A stretch of DNA of 64,000 nucleotides from Vicugna vicugna (lineage: Eukaryota). This document shows positions 53,798 to 64,000 of the stretch, one piece after another. The stretch is from assembly GCA_013265495.1 (NCBI GenBank), contig MU058257.1:186001-250000 (forward strand). Direction: 5' to 3'. A program made the position numbers and the translations under genes. The notes under the pieces were generated by a model, which ran no database searches, was not told the origin of the DNA, and saw only the letters and a program-made list of their open reading frames with translations. Every line of letters begins with the position of its first letter. Positions within the stretch are counted from its first letter, which is position 1.

Positions 53798-54749
53798 CAG
53801 AGGGGGCTCCCCCTGGAATAGCCAGAGAACTCTTCAGAGAGAAGACTCGTGGAGCAGAATCTTATAGGTGTAGTCTTATTTGCCAGAAGCTGGGACGAGG
53901 TGTTATGAACAAAGAAATAACACCTGCTGAGAGGCCAGATGGAGAAAAAAAAGGTGCGTCTGGAGACCTGTAAGCACCCGTATGGTTGTACGGCTGACAA
54001 ATAGGAAGAGGGTGCCTCTGGGGATTAGATTAAAAAGGAAAAGTAGAAGCCGGATCATGAAATATTTTTGTTGTTGTTTTTTTAAACCATATTGTCTGAC
54101 ATTTATCTGAAATGTATTTACTTGCCATTACTTTAGACTATGCTATTGTTTCTTTAAAAACTTCCTTAAGTTGACTCACTTTTTGTTCTAAAGAATAATG
54201 TCCAAGAAATCACAGGCTTTATATGTTGCTTGTATCTTTCCAGTGTTAAAAGTGAATGCGTAACTATAAAAATACACCCATGAATGAGTGCCATACTTTG
54301 AGAAATAAAGCCAGAGGCAACGGAAACCACCCAAATGTTTTGAGCAGGGAAAGAACACGACCACGTTTGCCTTTTGGATAAGTATCATTCCGGCAGCATT
54401 AATCACTTTGGACTGAATGGAAACCAGTGAAAATCACAACAAAAAAGACCATAAATTAGGAGACTTCCATGATAGCTGAGGGGAGAGATGAGAAATGAAC
54501 AGAGATAGGACCTGTGGGAGGGGAGTGGAGGGTTCAGATGTGAATAGTATCAAGGAGGCAGGAATGACAGACAACAGTGAAGACGGGGAAAGGGAGGAGC
54601 TGGGGGTAACTGTCAGTGTTTCGGCACATGCAATGCAGCAGATAACTGTCCATCCGCCACGATCATAAATACAGGGAGAGTTGACAGGGGGAGAGGGGCG
54701 GATAGGCTGGGAAGGATAATAATTGCTTTCATCTGGACATCCTCTAGGG

Positions 54750-55068
54750 TAGCACTTTCCAGGAGAAATAGGCTGTGAGCCACCTATGCCATTTTTAATA
54801 GTCAGATGGCCACATTGAAAAAAAAGTAAGAAGAAATGGATGAAATTAATAATATATTTTATGTCACCCAATATATCCAAAGTATTCTATTTCAAGATGA
54901 ATTGATATAAAAAAAAAACCACTGAGATGTTTTACGTTCTTTTTTCCATTTCAAGTCTTCAAAATTCAGTGTATGTTTTTACTCAGAGAGCACATCTCAG
55001 TTCGAACAGTCCACACACTCAAAAGGCACCATGGAGAGTGGCTACCGTATTTGTTGGACAGCACAGCT
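54750..55068. mobile_element. MER33-like hAT-Charlie
   Basis: GGCCACATTGAAAAAAAAGTAAGAAGAAATGGATGAAATTAAT...GCACATCTCAGTTCGAAC...TTGGACAGCACAG. Confidence 0.78.
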
Positions 55069-55076
55069 CTAGGAGC

Positions 55077-55255
55077 ACTTGCTGAAGGCAGGCCAGTGTG
55101 ATGATCAGACATTATCTGGGGGAGGATGAGGATCCTGATCAGATATTGAGGGTGATTAGATTTGCTAAAATGGGGTTTTACAAGGAAGTGCACAGGTGGG
55201 TCTAAGAGAAGGTTGACGAGCCTGACTAAAGTTTGACCAAGCAAAGAATCTGTCA
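55077..55255 (-). mobile_element. ERV1 LTR fragment (MER31-like)
   Basis: Minus strand TGACAGATTCTTTGCTTGGTCAAACTTTAGTCAGGCTC...GGCCTGCCTTCAGCAAG. Confidence 0.6.
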
Positions 55256-55760
55256 TGATGGGACAGGAGGGAAAGGGGCAGGGCACAACCATTAAAGGAG
55301 TGACACAGCAATTGAAGACTTGACTCCCAGTAGACCCTGAACTTCATTATATGCTCACTGTAATATATTAGCTGCAGAATGGCACTCGCACAGGTGCCAG
55401 GACAGTCGGGAGGCTGGCCATAAAGGTGAACGAGTGGGTGATGGCACAACTCCCGGGAATCCGGGCCCTTCCTCGGAAGTAGCTGGAATAACCCTCCCAC
55501 TTGGTAGCATATGAAGTTACAGTGCCCATGAAAACTAACCGCCCTGCACCTGTGGTCGCTCTCTCTTGCCTTCAGAGACACCTGTACTCTGTCTATGGCA
55601 CATGTACCTCTCTAAATAAATCTAAATTCAATCTACTATGGCTCGCTCTTGAATTCTTTCCTGTGTGAAGCCAAGGACCCTCACCTGATGGGGTGTTCAC
55701 AGGAACTTGCCTGGCACCTGGGACATGGCCATCCTCTCTGGCTCCATTTTTCCTGTATCA
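55256..55760 (+). mobile_element. ERV1 solo LTR (MER41-like)
   Basis: TG...CA ends, AATAAA at ~55615, CTCGCTCTTGAATTCTTTCCTGTGTGAAGCCAAGGACCCTC 3' block. Confidence 0.65.
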
Positions 55761-55819
55761 ACAATTCCACCCATTAAACCTGTTAGATACAATCTTTGGA
55801 GTGGAGCTGGGAAATTTGG

Positions 55820-55973
55820 ATTTTTTTCTTTTTGTTTGTTTGCTTGCTTGGGGGGAGAGGTAATTAGGTTTGTTTGTTTATTTATTTATTTTTAATGGAG
55901 GTACTGAGGATTGAACCCAAGATCCTGTGCATGCTAGGCATGCACTCTAACCACTGAGCTATACCCTTCCCCC
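55820..55973 (-). mobile_element. Camelid tRNA-derived SINE
   Basis: GGATTGAACCCAAGATCC...CCACTGAGCTATACCCTTCCCC with (TTTA)n tail. Confidence 0.9.
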
Positions 55974-58409
55974 TGTGGTAAATTCATATTTTTAACAAGC
56001 CTCCACCAGGTAGTGCAACCCAGGAGAATCATCTTTCAGTTGGAGCCAGGTGGACTTGAGAACTCAGGGGAGACAGTTCCCAGCAGGAAGGAGTGCTGAT
56101 GAGCCCTCTGGGGAAGACTCACAGAGAGAAAGCAAGCTGATGGGGGGAAGCACAGAGACAGACTTGTGTTCAGGACAAAGGGAGGGATGAGAGATCTGGT
56201 AGATTATCTGATCCCAAGATTGTAGCCGCGCTCCAGGCTCATCAAGGCACTGTGGCTTAGACAGGAGTCTACAACCTCTGCTCGGGACAGTTCCACTCAA
56301 GTTGTCCTGGAGCTCCCAAAGAGCTCCAACCCCGGGGCTGGGGAAGGAAGAAGCGAATTCTGAGGATGCTAGCCTCCCACACAAAGCAGGGGTCAGCCTC
56401 TTATTCTCCCAGCCATTCAGGGCTCTGTCCAAGGTCTTTTTCATTTTTTTTGCCCTTGTCTTCTCACTCTGGGTTCATCTCACCCCTCTCTGGGGCTTCA
56501 AAGCCCATTTATATGCTGAGGGACCCATATTTGCATCTGAAACTCAAGAGCCCATCCCCACCTCAAATGCCAGACCTATTTTTACCAAATGCCTTCAGCT
56601 GCCTAGAATACCTGGCCGGGGGAGGGGGCGGGCGGGCTGATATTTAACATTTCTAAAGCTGAACTCACCCCAAAACTTGTTTGCCTGCTAACAGTCAATG
56701 TTTCAACTAGTAGCCTCACTACCCTTTCAGTTCCCCCAAAACTAGAAGTCTGGGGGTCATCTTACCCTTTTTCCTCCCACCACACACTAAATCACCTGAA
56801 ACCCCTTCCTTTGTCTGCATTCCTGCAGCTTCTGTTCAGACACCCTCAACTCTATGCATGACTAGTACTGCTCCCTCCCATCTAGAGGTGTGGCCCCATT
56901 TTCCCCTCTGGGAGACGGCATCCTCCCAAATGCCTTCTTTTACAAGCTAAACTAAAAAACAAATCAGCAGGCACACTCTGCTGACTCGAGCACATCCAGC
57001 ATAAACACCAGACTCCTCAGTGTGAACCATGCACCTTCACATAGGGCCTTACTCACCTCTGTTAAGTCCCCTTCCCCCACTCCCCCAAATCTTTTTTTCT
57101 AGTTGTGACATTTCTTGCTAAGAAAAAAAACAACCAAAACACAAAACACAAAACCTAACACTCAGTACCCCTCAAACACAAACAACTCACAAGATCGATT
57201 TTTAAAGGGAGGAAACGAGAGGAATTAAGACATCCGCATCCTCCTCCCCTGATTCTGGAGGCCCGGAGTGCCCCCTGGGGATTGTGTGTACCTGCGTTTT
57301 TCAAGGAAATTCAGAGGCAAATCTAGGTTTGTCCGCCACGGGGTTATGCCACTCTTAACAAAAGCCCAACACATCACGTTAAAGAATCCAGGCACTATGT
57401 TCTTTCCTAACTTACTGTAGGGGGACAGAGAAAGGACAGAGAAAGGAGGAGCCCGCAGCAGCCTGGGCTCCTAGGCTGCATCACTATTGCATCTTCACCA
57501 AGATCAAAACCCTGGGGGAACTGACAAGAAGAAATTTTAAGAATGAAAACAGCATCTGCGTAGCCTACAAACCTGCCAGCACAACCTAAAGTACCTTTTC
57601 GTTAAAAGCAAAACAAAAAACCCTGCCCCCAAATGTATTTGGAAAATGCTGAACCACTCTAGAAAAGTTTGCTCTGCATTCCTCCCCACTCCTCGGTTTT
57701 AAAGGAAGCCCTAAAAGACGTCGTCGCAAAGCATTTTGCTTTATTTTTATTCAGCAGTGCAGCAGAAAGTTGAAACCCTGAAATAAGTAATTTCACAGGC
57801 TGCAGCACTGCTGTGGGTGTTAATTTAAACACATACAGTAATAGGCTGCCATGTTTACTTGGACCTGGGCAGAGCAAACAATCTAACTGCGGAACGTGAG
57901 GCTCTGACTTCCTACCAAGCACATGAAACGTTCAAGAAACTTTGCAGGACGTGTACACGTTCGCTAAGGTGCCTATGAACTCCCGAGCCAGACTGAACAA
58001 TAGAAGGGAGAGGTGATGGAAGTCATTTCAACCAAACGCGCCGTCTGTGTCTCTGAGTCCTTCATCGCAGCAGAGGGGACCTTTCCTCTGCTCCTGCTCT
58101 ATTTTCGAATCGTTTCCAGGCTCATTGTCTGCCGGCAGCGCGCGTGGAGCAGGTACAGCGTCCCGCCGATCGCCGCGCGGCTGAGTCCCGCCAGGTTTTG
58201 GAAAACATTCCCGGCCCTTCCAGCGGGTCAAGGAAAAGGAGGTGGCCCAGGCGCCAAGGCTGCTGCCAAAGCAACTCGCAACTTTTGAAATCAATCCTTT
58301 TTGCATCATGCAACGGATGCCACCGCTCCTCGGGCTTGCAACCCCCCACCCCTCCCCCGAGACCAATCATTGCCGCGCTCGGGCCTGCACATCGCCCCCG
58401 CCCCCTTCC

Positions 58410-58705
58410 CGGGCCGCACGCAGCCACCGAGCCGCTCCGGCCGCGGCCCGCCGCCTCTTAAAGGGAGGGAGCCGGCCCTTAAGGGCCCCTCGCGCGCGGC
58501 GCACGGCGGAGCGCGGCGGCCCCGTTCCCTGCAGGGGCCCGCCGAGCCAGGCCGAGCTCCCGCGGCGCCCAGGCCTCCCGCCCTCCGCCGCCGGGAGCGG
58601 CCTTTTTATTCAGGCGACGCTTAAGGGAGCCCGGCCGCGCCCGGTGCATTGTGGGAGCGGCGGAGTCCCGTTTTCGGGAGGAGGCGGAGGGCGCAAAGCG
58701 AACCG
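58410..58705 (+). other. SEPHS1: Probable SEPHS1 non-coding exon 1 (start approximate)
   Basis: Lies in the CpG island just downstream of CCAAT and GC boxes; ends at a strong donor CCG|GTAAGC (GT at 58706); ~2.7 kb upstream of exon 2. The TSS cannot be determined from sequence alone. Confidence 0.65.
58641..58658 (-). promoter_or_regulatory. ZNF143/STAF (SBS) motif
   Basis: Minus strand reads GCTCCCACAATGCACCGG, close to the ZNF143 consensus (YTCCCA[C/G/T]AATGCA). Confidence 0.7.
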
Positions 58706-61392
58706 GTAAGCGCCTGGCTCGGGGAGGGGGGGCGAGACGCCAGGCTTAAAGGGGAATATTCGTTCTCAGGCCCAGGGCGGCCGTGCGGATCCCCCCGCGG
58801 GCCGCCCGGGTGCGCCGGGAGCGGTGCACGGCCGGCGCTCTGCAGCGCTGCCTGGAGAGGGGCCGAGCCAGGGCTTGGTGGGGCCGCTTTAAAAAAGAAG
58901 CACCGCCCGCGCCGCCGCCGCCGCCGCCGCGCGGGGCCGGGGAAGGAGGGAGGGAGGAGAGGGCGGGGGAGGAGTGGAGGGGGAGGGCGGCGGCGGCGGA
59001 GGCGCAGGGGTTAATTTTTTCGCCCGCCGACATTTTTGTGCGGCGGCGGCGGCGGCGGCCNNNNNNNNNNNNNNNNNNNNNNNNNNNNNNNNNNNNNNNN
59101 NNNNNNNNNNNNNNNNNNNNNNNNNNNNNNNNNNNNNNNNNNNNNNNNNNNNNNNNNNNNNNNNNNNNNNNNNNNNNNNNNNNNNNNNNNNNTCCCCGCG
59201 GCCTGGGCCGCGCGGTTCCCGCCGCCGCCGCCGCCGCCGGCGGGACGGAGAGCGGGCGGACGGACATGGCCCAGCCGGCCGCCCCGCGCCGCCTCCGCCC
59301 GGCCGCGCCGCACAAAGAGCCCAGGCTCCGGTTGCCTTTAAAGGCGGCAGCCGGGGACTTAAGGTGTCCCCGAGCGCTGCCCTCCGCGCCCCGGCCGCCG
59401 CCTCGACGTGCGCTGCCCCGGCGCCCACGCCGCCCTGTCCCCCTCATTGTTTGCTTCCTGGGCTTAGGGACTTGGGGGGAGGTAGGTACGGCCGGGGCTG
59501 CCTCGCTGCCGCCCCCACTTACCGGGCTCCCCCGGCTCTGCGTCCCGCCTGGCGCTCTCGTTTGAAAAATTTTAAACGTGGCCGAGAAGGAAAGGGTTAA
59601 CCGTTGTTTTAAATATTCATATCATTGTTTTAAAGGTGTAAACAGACGGCTTCAGGGTTGGAATCGAGTGCTTATTATGCAACCCCCCTCCCCATTAATA
59701 ATTACTCATTTCCCCGAGTCCCCCCCCATCCCCTCCAAAAAATGTAAGAATTTATTTTTAGGATTCAGATGTGATGTGTGTGATTTACGTCCCTTGTTCC
59801 ATTTGGAACTTTTAAAACTCGAGTGCCTTCTGGGCTTAAGGTGTTTTAAACTTTTTTCCCCTAAAATGTCTGGGAAGATTTAAGAGGAAGTTAGTCCCCT
59901 GAATTCCAAATTCCCCTCGGCTTTTTTTTTGGATAGAGATTGGAGGTAGGAAAATAACTGGATGCCTCGTGAGTTGGATTTTTTTTTTTTCCTGGTAGAA
60001 GCGAGGCGGTGTTAAATGCGAGGCATTTGGTGAGGAAAGGACTGTTGTTTTTGTTCCAAACCCTTCCAAGTCAAAGTGCTATTGGACTTCTCCTAACTCT
60101 AAAATGGCTTCAAAATTCCCATCTCCGCAGCTTGCTTAGGTTTCCTGGCTCCCTCCTTTTGGGCAGGTGGTTCTCTTGGAATGTGGGAAGGTTCGCTCCT
60201 TTACAGTTGGAGGTTTCAAACCGAAATCACTGCTCACCCCCAAACATGTTTTTGTAAAGACGGTTTGGATTACTGCCCAAATTCAGGCTTTGTGAGATTT
60301 ATTTTAAATGAGTGATGTGCTTCCCAGGGGATCGAAAACTCTATAAAGGGGAATTATGTTCTTAATCATAAGTTTTATAGGGGAAACTGACCCTAAAACT
60401 TGGGGCGTCTGTAATTCTATGCCTAATAAAGTATCAGTCTGGAAGTTTGTAAACCCCGGGAGCACATGCAAGGTTTTGGTTTAGCCCCAAAGGCTTCAAA
60501 CTTAGAAAGGTTTGTTCCAGAAACTTCCAGTGGTACCAGGTACCATAAATGCTAGTGATTTAGTCCAGTTTATTTTATCACTTTAGGTCTGCAGTGAAAC
60601 AGTAATGAGCAGTAGCATATTTTGTCAGTGATGTGTGTGTACTAGTTTGTTGGGCGAGATGTTTGCTTTCTAGGAAACAGTGCTGCGTTAAAACATCAGA
60701 GAACTTTCCTTGCTCTCTAAAAGAAAATGAGCCTTGCTGTGTTAAAACAGCCATTCCAGTTTTCAAGTTGTCTTCTTTACTGAGGCTTCCTTTTAGTTTG
60801 AGGTCGAATCGTGTACTTCTGGCTCAGAGTGAAAACCTATTTTTCTAAAATTGAATTTAGCATCATAAAGAATTTCATCCACTGACTATCCAGTAACATC
60901 CTTTTCCTGGAAAGGGCCTATCAGGCGCTTTATTTTTCTGTGTAAGATAGCAGAAGATACCAGAAGGTTTTCCAGAAAAGTCATTTTAGCCAGGACATCT
61001 AATTTCTCAGCCATAGTGCTTCCTGCTTGACAGATGAAGTGATTATAAGTTTTCTCACAATGCTGCCCGCTAAAGAACCTTTGGGACTTTTTGCTCAAAA
61101 ATAGCACTCTGTCCTGTAAGCCCAGCTGGCCTGTAGTTCCATCTTCATTGCTGCCCCTCAGAGCCACGAGTGTAACACCACAGATATCTTCTTATGTAGA
61201 AGAGGTCTCTAATGCTGTGGTCATTTTTTTAAGTGACTTACTCTGGTTTGTGCATCGCTGTGATAAACTTGTGGCCCCAGATCGCTGTTTTCCCTGTGGT
61301 CTTGGTGATTTCACTGTCCTGTGTACAACTTGATTGTTGGCAAGTACTGGTGAGGTCTCTTAATGGTGTCTTTGTGTTTCGGTTCTCTCCAG

Positions 61393-61662
61393 GTGGATCT
61401 GTAAAGAAAGCAGCCGCCTAGGAGAGGGAGGAGAGGTGCCCAGCCGCAGGGTGTGTGCACCCAAGAACCATGTCTGCGCGGGAGTCCTTTAACCCAGAAA
61501 GTTATGAATTGGATAAGAGCTTCCGGTTAACCAGATTCACTGAACTGAAGGGCACCGGCTGCAAAGTGCCCCAAGATGTCCTGCAGAAATTGCTGGAATC
61601 CTTACAGGAGAACCACTTCCAAGAAGATGAGCAGTTTCTTGGAGCAGTTATGCCAAGGCTTG
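61393..61662 (+). other. SEPHS1: SEPHS1 exon 2 (77 nt 5'UTR + 193 nt CDS)
   Basis: Pyrimidine-rich acceptor ...gtgtttcggttctctccAG at 61391-61392; no ATG between the acceptor and 61470; GTATGT donor. Confidence 0.92.
61470..61662 (+). CDS. SEPHS1: Selenophosphate synthetase 1, first coding exon (residues 1-64 plus 1 nt); partial CDS that continues beyond the window
   Basis: Translation [64 protein letters not shown](G) matches the human SEPHS1 N-terminus as I recall it, apart from Ala3 for Thr3. Start context is ACCATGT. Phase-1 donor G|GTATGT at 61662/61663. The ORF-track extension beyond 61662 is intron read-through. Confidence 0.98.
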
Positions 61663-63284
61663 GTATGTGTACCAGTGTTTCTTTCATACATCCCCAAGTA
61701 GAGCATCTTGGCTGCGGTGTAGGCAGTGAGTTGAAAACTAGAATTCTGTCCTCCCATGTTGCCTTTTTCTTCTTTTTTTTTTTAATTTCTGTAAGAAGGA
61801 TTCAAAGAGCAAAGTTATACTGAACTGCTACCTTACAGTACTTGAAAAGCATCAAGAAATGTGCTCTCACCATTTTTAAGCTAACAAGTATGTGATTGAG
61901 ACAGTTATTTCGCAGTAAAAGCATTTTTTTTATTATTAAATTGGATTTTCTGGTTAGCTAAAGATTAAGCAGAAACTTAATGCCTTTATCCTGAAATTTT
62001 CCTTGGAACGCTCGCTCCCTCTTCATTACCTTAGGAGGGGTGGTGTGACGCGGCACTGAGGGAGCGGTGACCGGGTTGGGGGAAAGGCGCCTGGGTTGGG
62101 GGAGAGAATTCAGGGCTTTCTCTGCAATAGGCGCTGTCAGAAAAGCGCCTGTGTGGAGAGGGGAGAAGAGAAGCCCTGGACACAGGCGAGGAGGCTGTGC
62201 TGGACGTGTGTGTGACCCCAGGACGTCATCGGGGACTGAGAGCCTTGTCTCCTTGAGCCAGTTGCTTACGTCACTAGGGGTTTGCCTTTTCCCAAATACA
62301 GAGCTCAGAAGGAAATTCTAGGCTGCGGGGATACTGTTCGTTAGCTTCTGTTGTGTGGTCTGCGGAGTACACACGTAACACAGGCCTTTGCCTTTTGAGC
62401 GTTTGGCTATTCTAGGAGTTTGTGGATGTTTCATAGTTACGGTGTGTGACCTGATCAGCTTTCTTACAAGGTTTTCATTTCATTTCTTTTCATCTGTTAT
62501 TTTATGGTCAAGTTCTGTCTTGCAACACTGGTTTTGAACCCAGGGTTCTCATTTATTTTCCACATATAAAATAGATAAAATCAGGGCTGGGTTTGGGTAG
62601 GAGAGAAGAAAACTCACCCCACACTCTCAACCTGTAGGCCTCTCAGGAACTCAGTTAGAAAACTGTCCTCATGTAGCTGACGTGGAGAAATCGCTGGTAA
62701 CTGAGGTGGAGTGGATGTCCGCTTACTTGTCAAGAATTGAGAACGTCCTGAGAAAGCTCTTAGAAAACGTCTGGAAAAACAAGCTGCCAAGTGGGCGAAA
62801 ATGAATGCAGGACAAACCTCATGGATGAAGTAACAATTCCTCTCTCTAGCTCCCCCCGTAGACTTACTAAGCACCTGCCCGCAGCCCCGGGCTCGGGAAG
62901 GCTGGGTTGGTCGGTCCCTGTCACTCCGGGGTCAGGGGCAGGACCTGGAATCCACGTCCGATTGCTCACACACCAAACCGCTTGTCATCTGGCTTCTAAG
63001 TCTAGACGTGTTGATAGGGAGAGAGGAGCTGTGTCAGCTGTAACTCAGCAGTGGCAAACGGGGACAGGTGTCCACAGCAGGGGGCAGGCCGGAGAAAGAG
63101 ATAAAAGAACTCAAAGGCGAAGGAGTCTGGTCACAAACAGCTTTTGAGAAGTCCATGAGAGCCGTGGCCCCATCCCAGGAAAGTGCACATCCGCAGAAGC
63201 GTGCGCTCAGGGCGTTCCCTAGGGGTCGTTGGACCCCAGCTTGCCAGCAAGTGACGCTGAAGGACTGTTAGAACCTCATACAGA

Positions 63285-63460
63285 AGTGGTGTGTCTTGGT
63301 GGCCAGAACTTTGTTTTGGAATCAGATCTAAGTTCGTATCCTGGCACAGGCACTTAACTGGTCACTAATGTTACTCTGGGCACGTTCCTAATTCTCCTGA
63401 GCCTCGATCTCCCCATCTGTAAAATGGGATAATAATACTTACTAACTGCAACTGTTGTGA
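63285..63460 (+). mobile_element. MIR in SEPHS1 intron 2
   Basis: TGAGCCTCGATCTCCCCATCTGTAAAATGGGATAATAATAC core. Confidence 0.8.
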
Positions 63461-64000
63461 GTACCAGAAATTATCTGTGTATGAACTGTGTGTGTCTGCA
63501 CCCACACACAAGACGTGTGTGTATACATGTATGTGTCTGTATGTATATATGTATACACATGAGGCCGTGTACCTGGATTCTAAAGGTGAGACTTAACAGT
63601 TGTGCAGTTTTACACAGTTATTGGACGTGTTTTAACTAAAGAAATGTTAAGATGATTGTGTCTTAGAACCTGGTACATCTATTGCCTGATACTTAAGAGC
63701 TGTCATGTACTGATGGCTGCTGGCAGTGGAGGTAGTATGATGGTTTGAGTTGGTTTTTTTTGTTTGATTTATTTGGTGGATGGTTTCAGGCCAGCTGTTT
63801 CCTAGAATTCCCTGTTGTCCGCTGATGATTCAGCACACTCTGCTCGATCTGGCATTTGAAGCTTCCTCTGCTGTGGCATTTTCCTTTGTTCCTGCCCACC
63901 CTCTACCTGGGCTGTCCCGCTCTCTCTCAACTTGATACCTTCATTTTCCAGGCCCACGGCCCATGCCAGACTCACCCTCTCTCTCCCTTCCTTGAAATTT

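Larger units (their letters stand above)
58100..59570. promoter_or_regulatory. SEPHS1: CpG island / SEPHS1 promoter
   Basis: Very high GC and CpG density against CpG-depleted flanks; CCAAT box 58363-58367; GC box CCCCGCCCC 58396-58404; GCC/CGG runs; contains N gap 59061-59192. Confidence 0.95.

Noticed and set aside
58013..59600. Many long overlapping Arg/Pro/Gly/Ala-rich ORFs
   Set aside because: Artefact of stop-codon scarcity in a CpG island and of the N gap; no protein-like features.
61663..61823. C-terminal extension of the 122-aa SEPHS1 ORF
   Set aside because: Intron read-through past the GTATGT donor; similarity to SEPHS1 ends at the donor.

Overview
Mammalian genomic DNA, almost certainly from a camelid: about 11 copies of the tRNA-derived Vic-1-type SINE are present. 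The only intact protein-coding sequence is the 5' end of SEPHS1 on the + strand. It comprises a CpG-island promoter (~58.1-59.6 kb), a probable non-coding exon 1 ending at 58705 and coding exon 2 (ATG 61470 to donor 61662); the gene continues beyond the window. The preceding ~57 kb is dense in L1, L2, MIR, MLT/ERV LTRs, DNA transposons and SINEs. The main observation is at ~19.3-42.2 kb: between the repeats lies an ordered series of about 15-18 decayed + strand exons, many with AG/GT splice signals. Their stop- and frameshift-disrupted translations align colinearly, by eye against sequences I recall, with the CatSper sperm-channel auxiliary subunit family: CATSPERG-like over the N-terminal two-thirds and CATSPERD/E-like at the C-terminus. 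No human CatSper auxiliary gene lies next to SEPHS1, so this looks like a fossil, intron-containing additional family member; the call needs HMM/GeneWise confirmation. Secondary observations are a cluster of CTTTAAR (ZFP91/Zincore) motifs and a ZNF143/STAF site at the SEPHS1 promoter, a MER41-like LTR with degenerate tandem GAS sites, and several informative nested or twin-primed retrotransposon structures. There are three assembly gaps (30893-30934, 33126-33186, 59061-59192). Repeat subfamily names are by-eye assignments.
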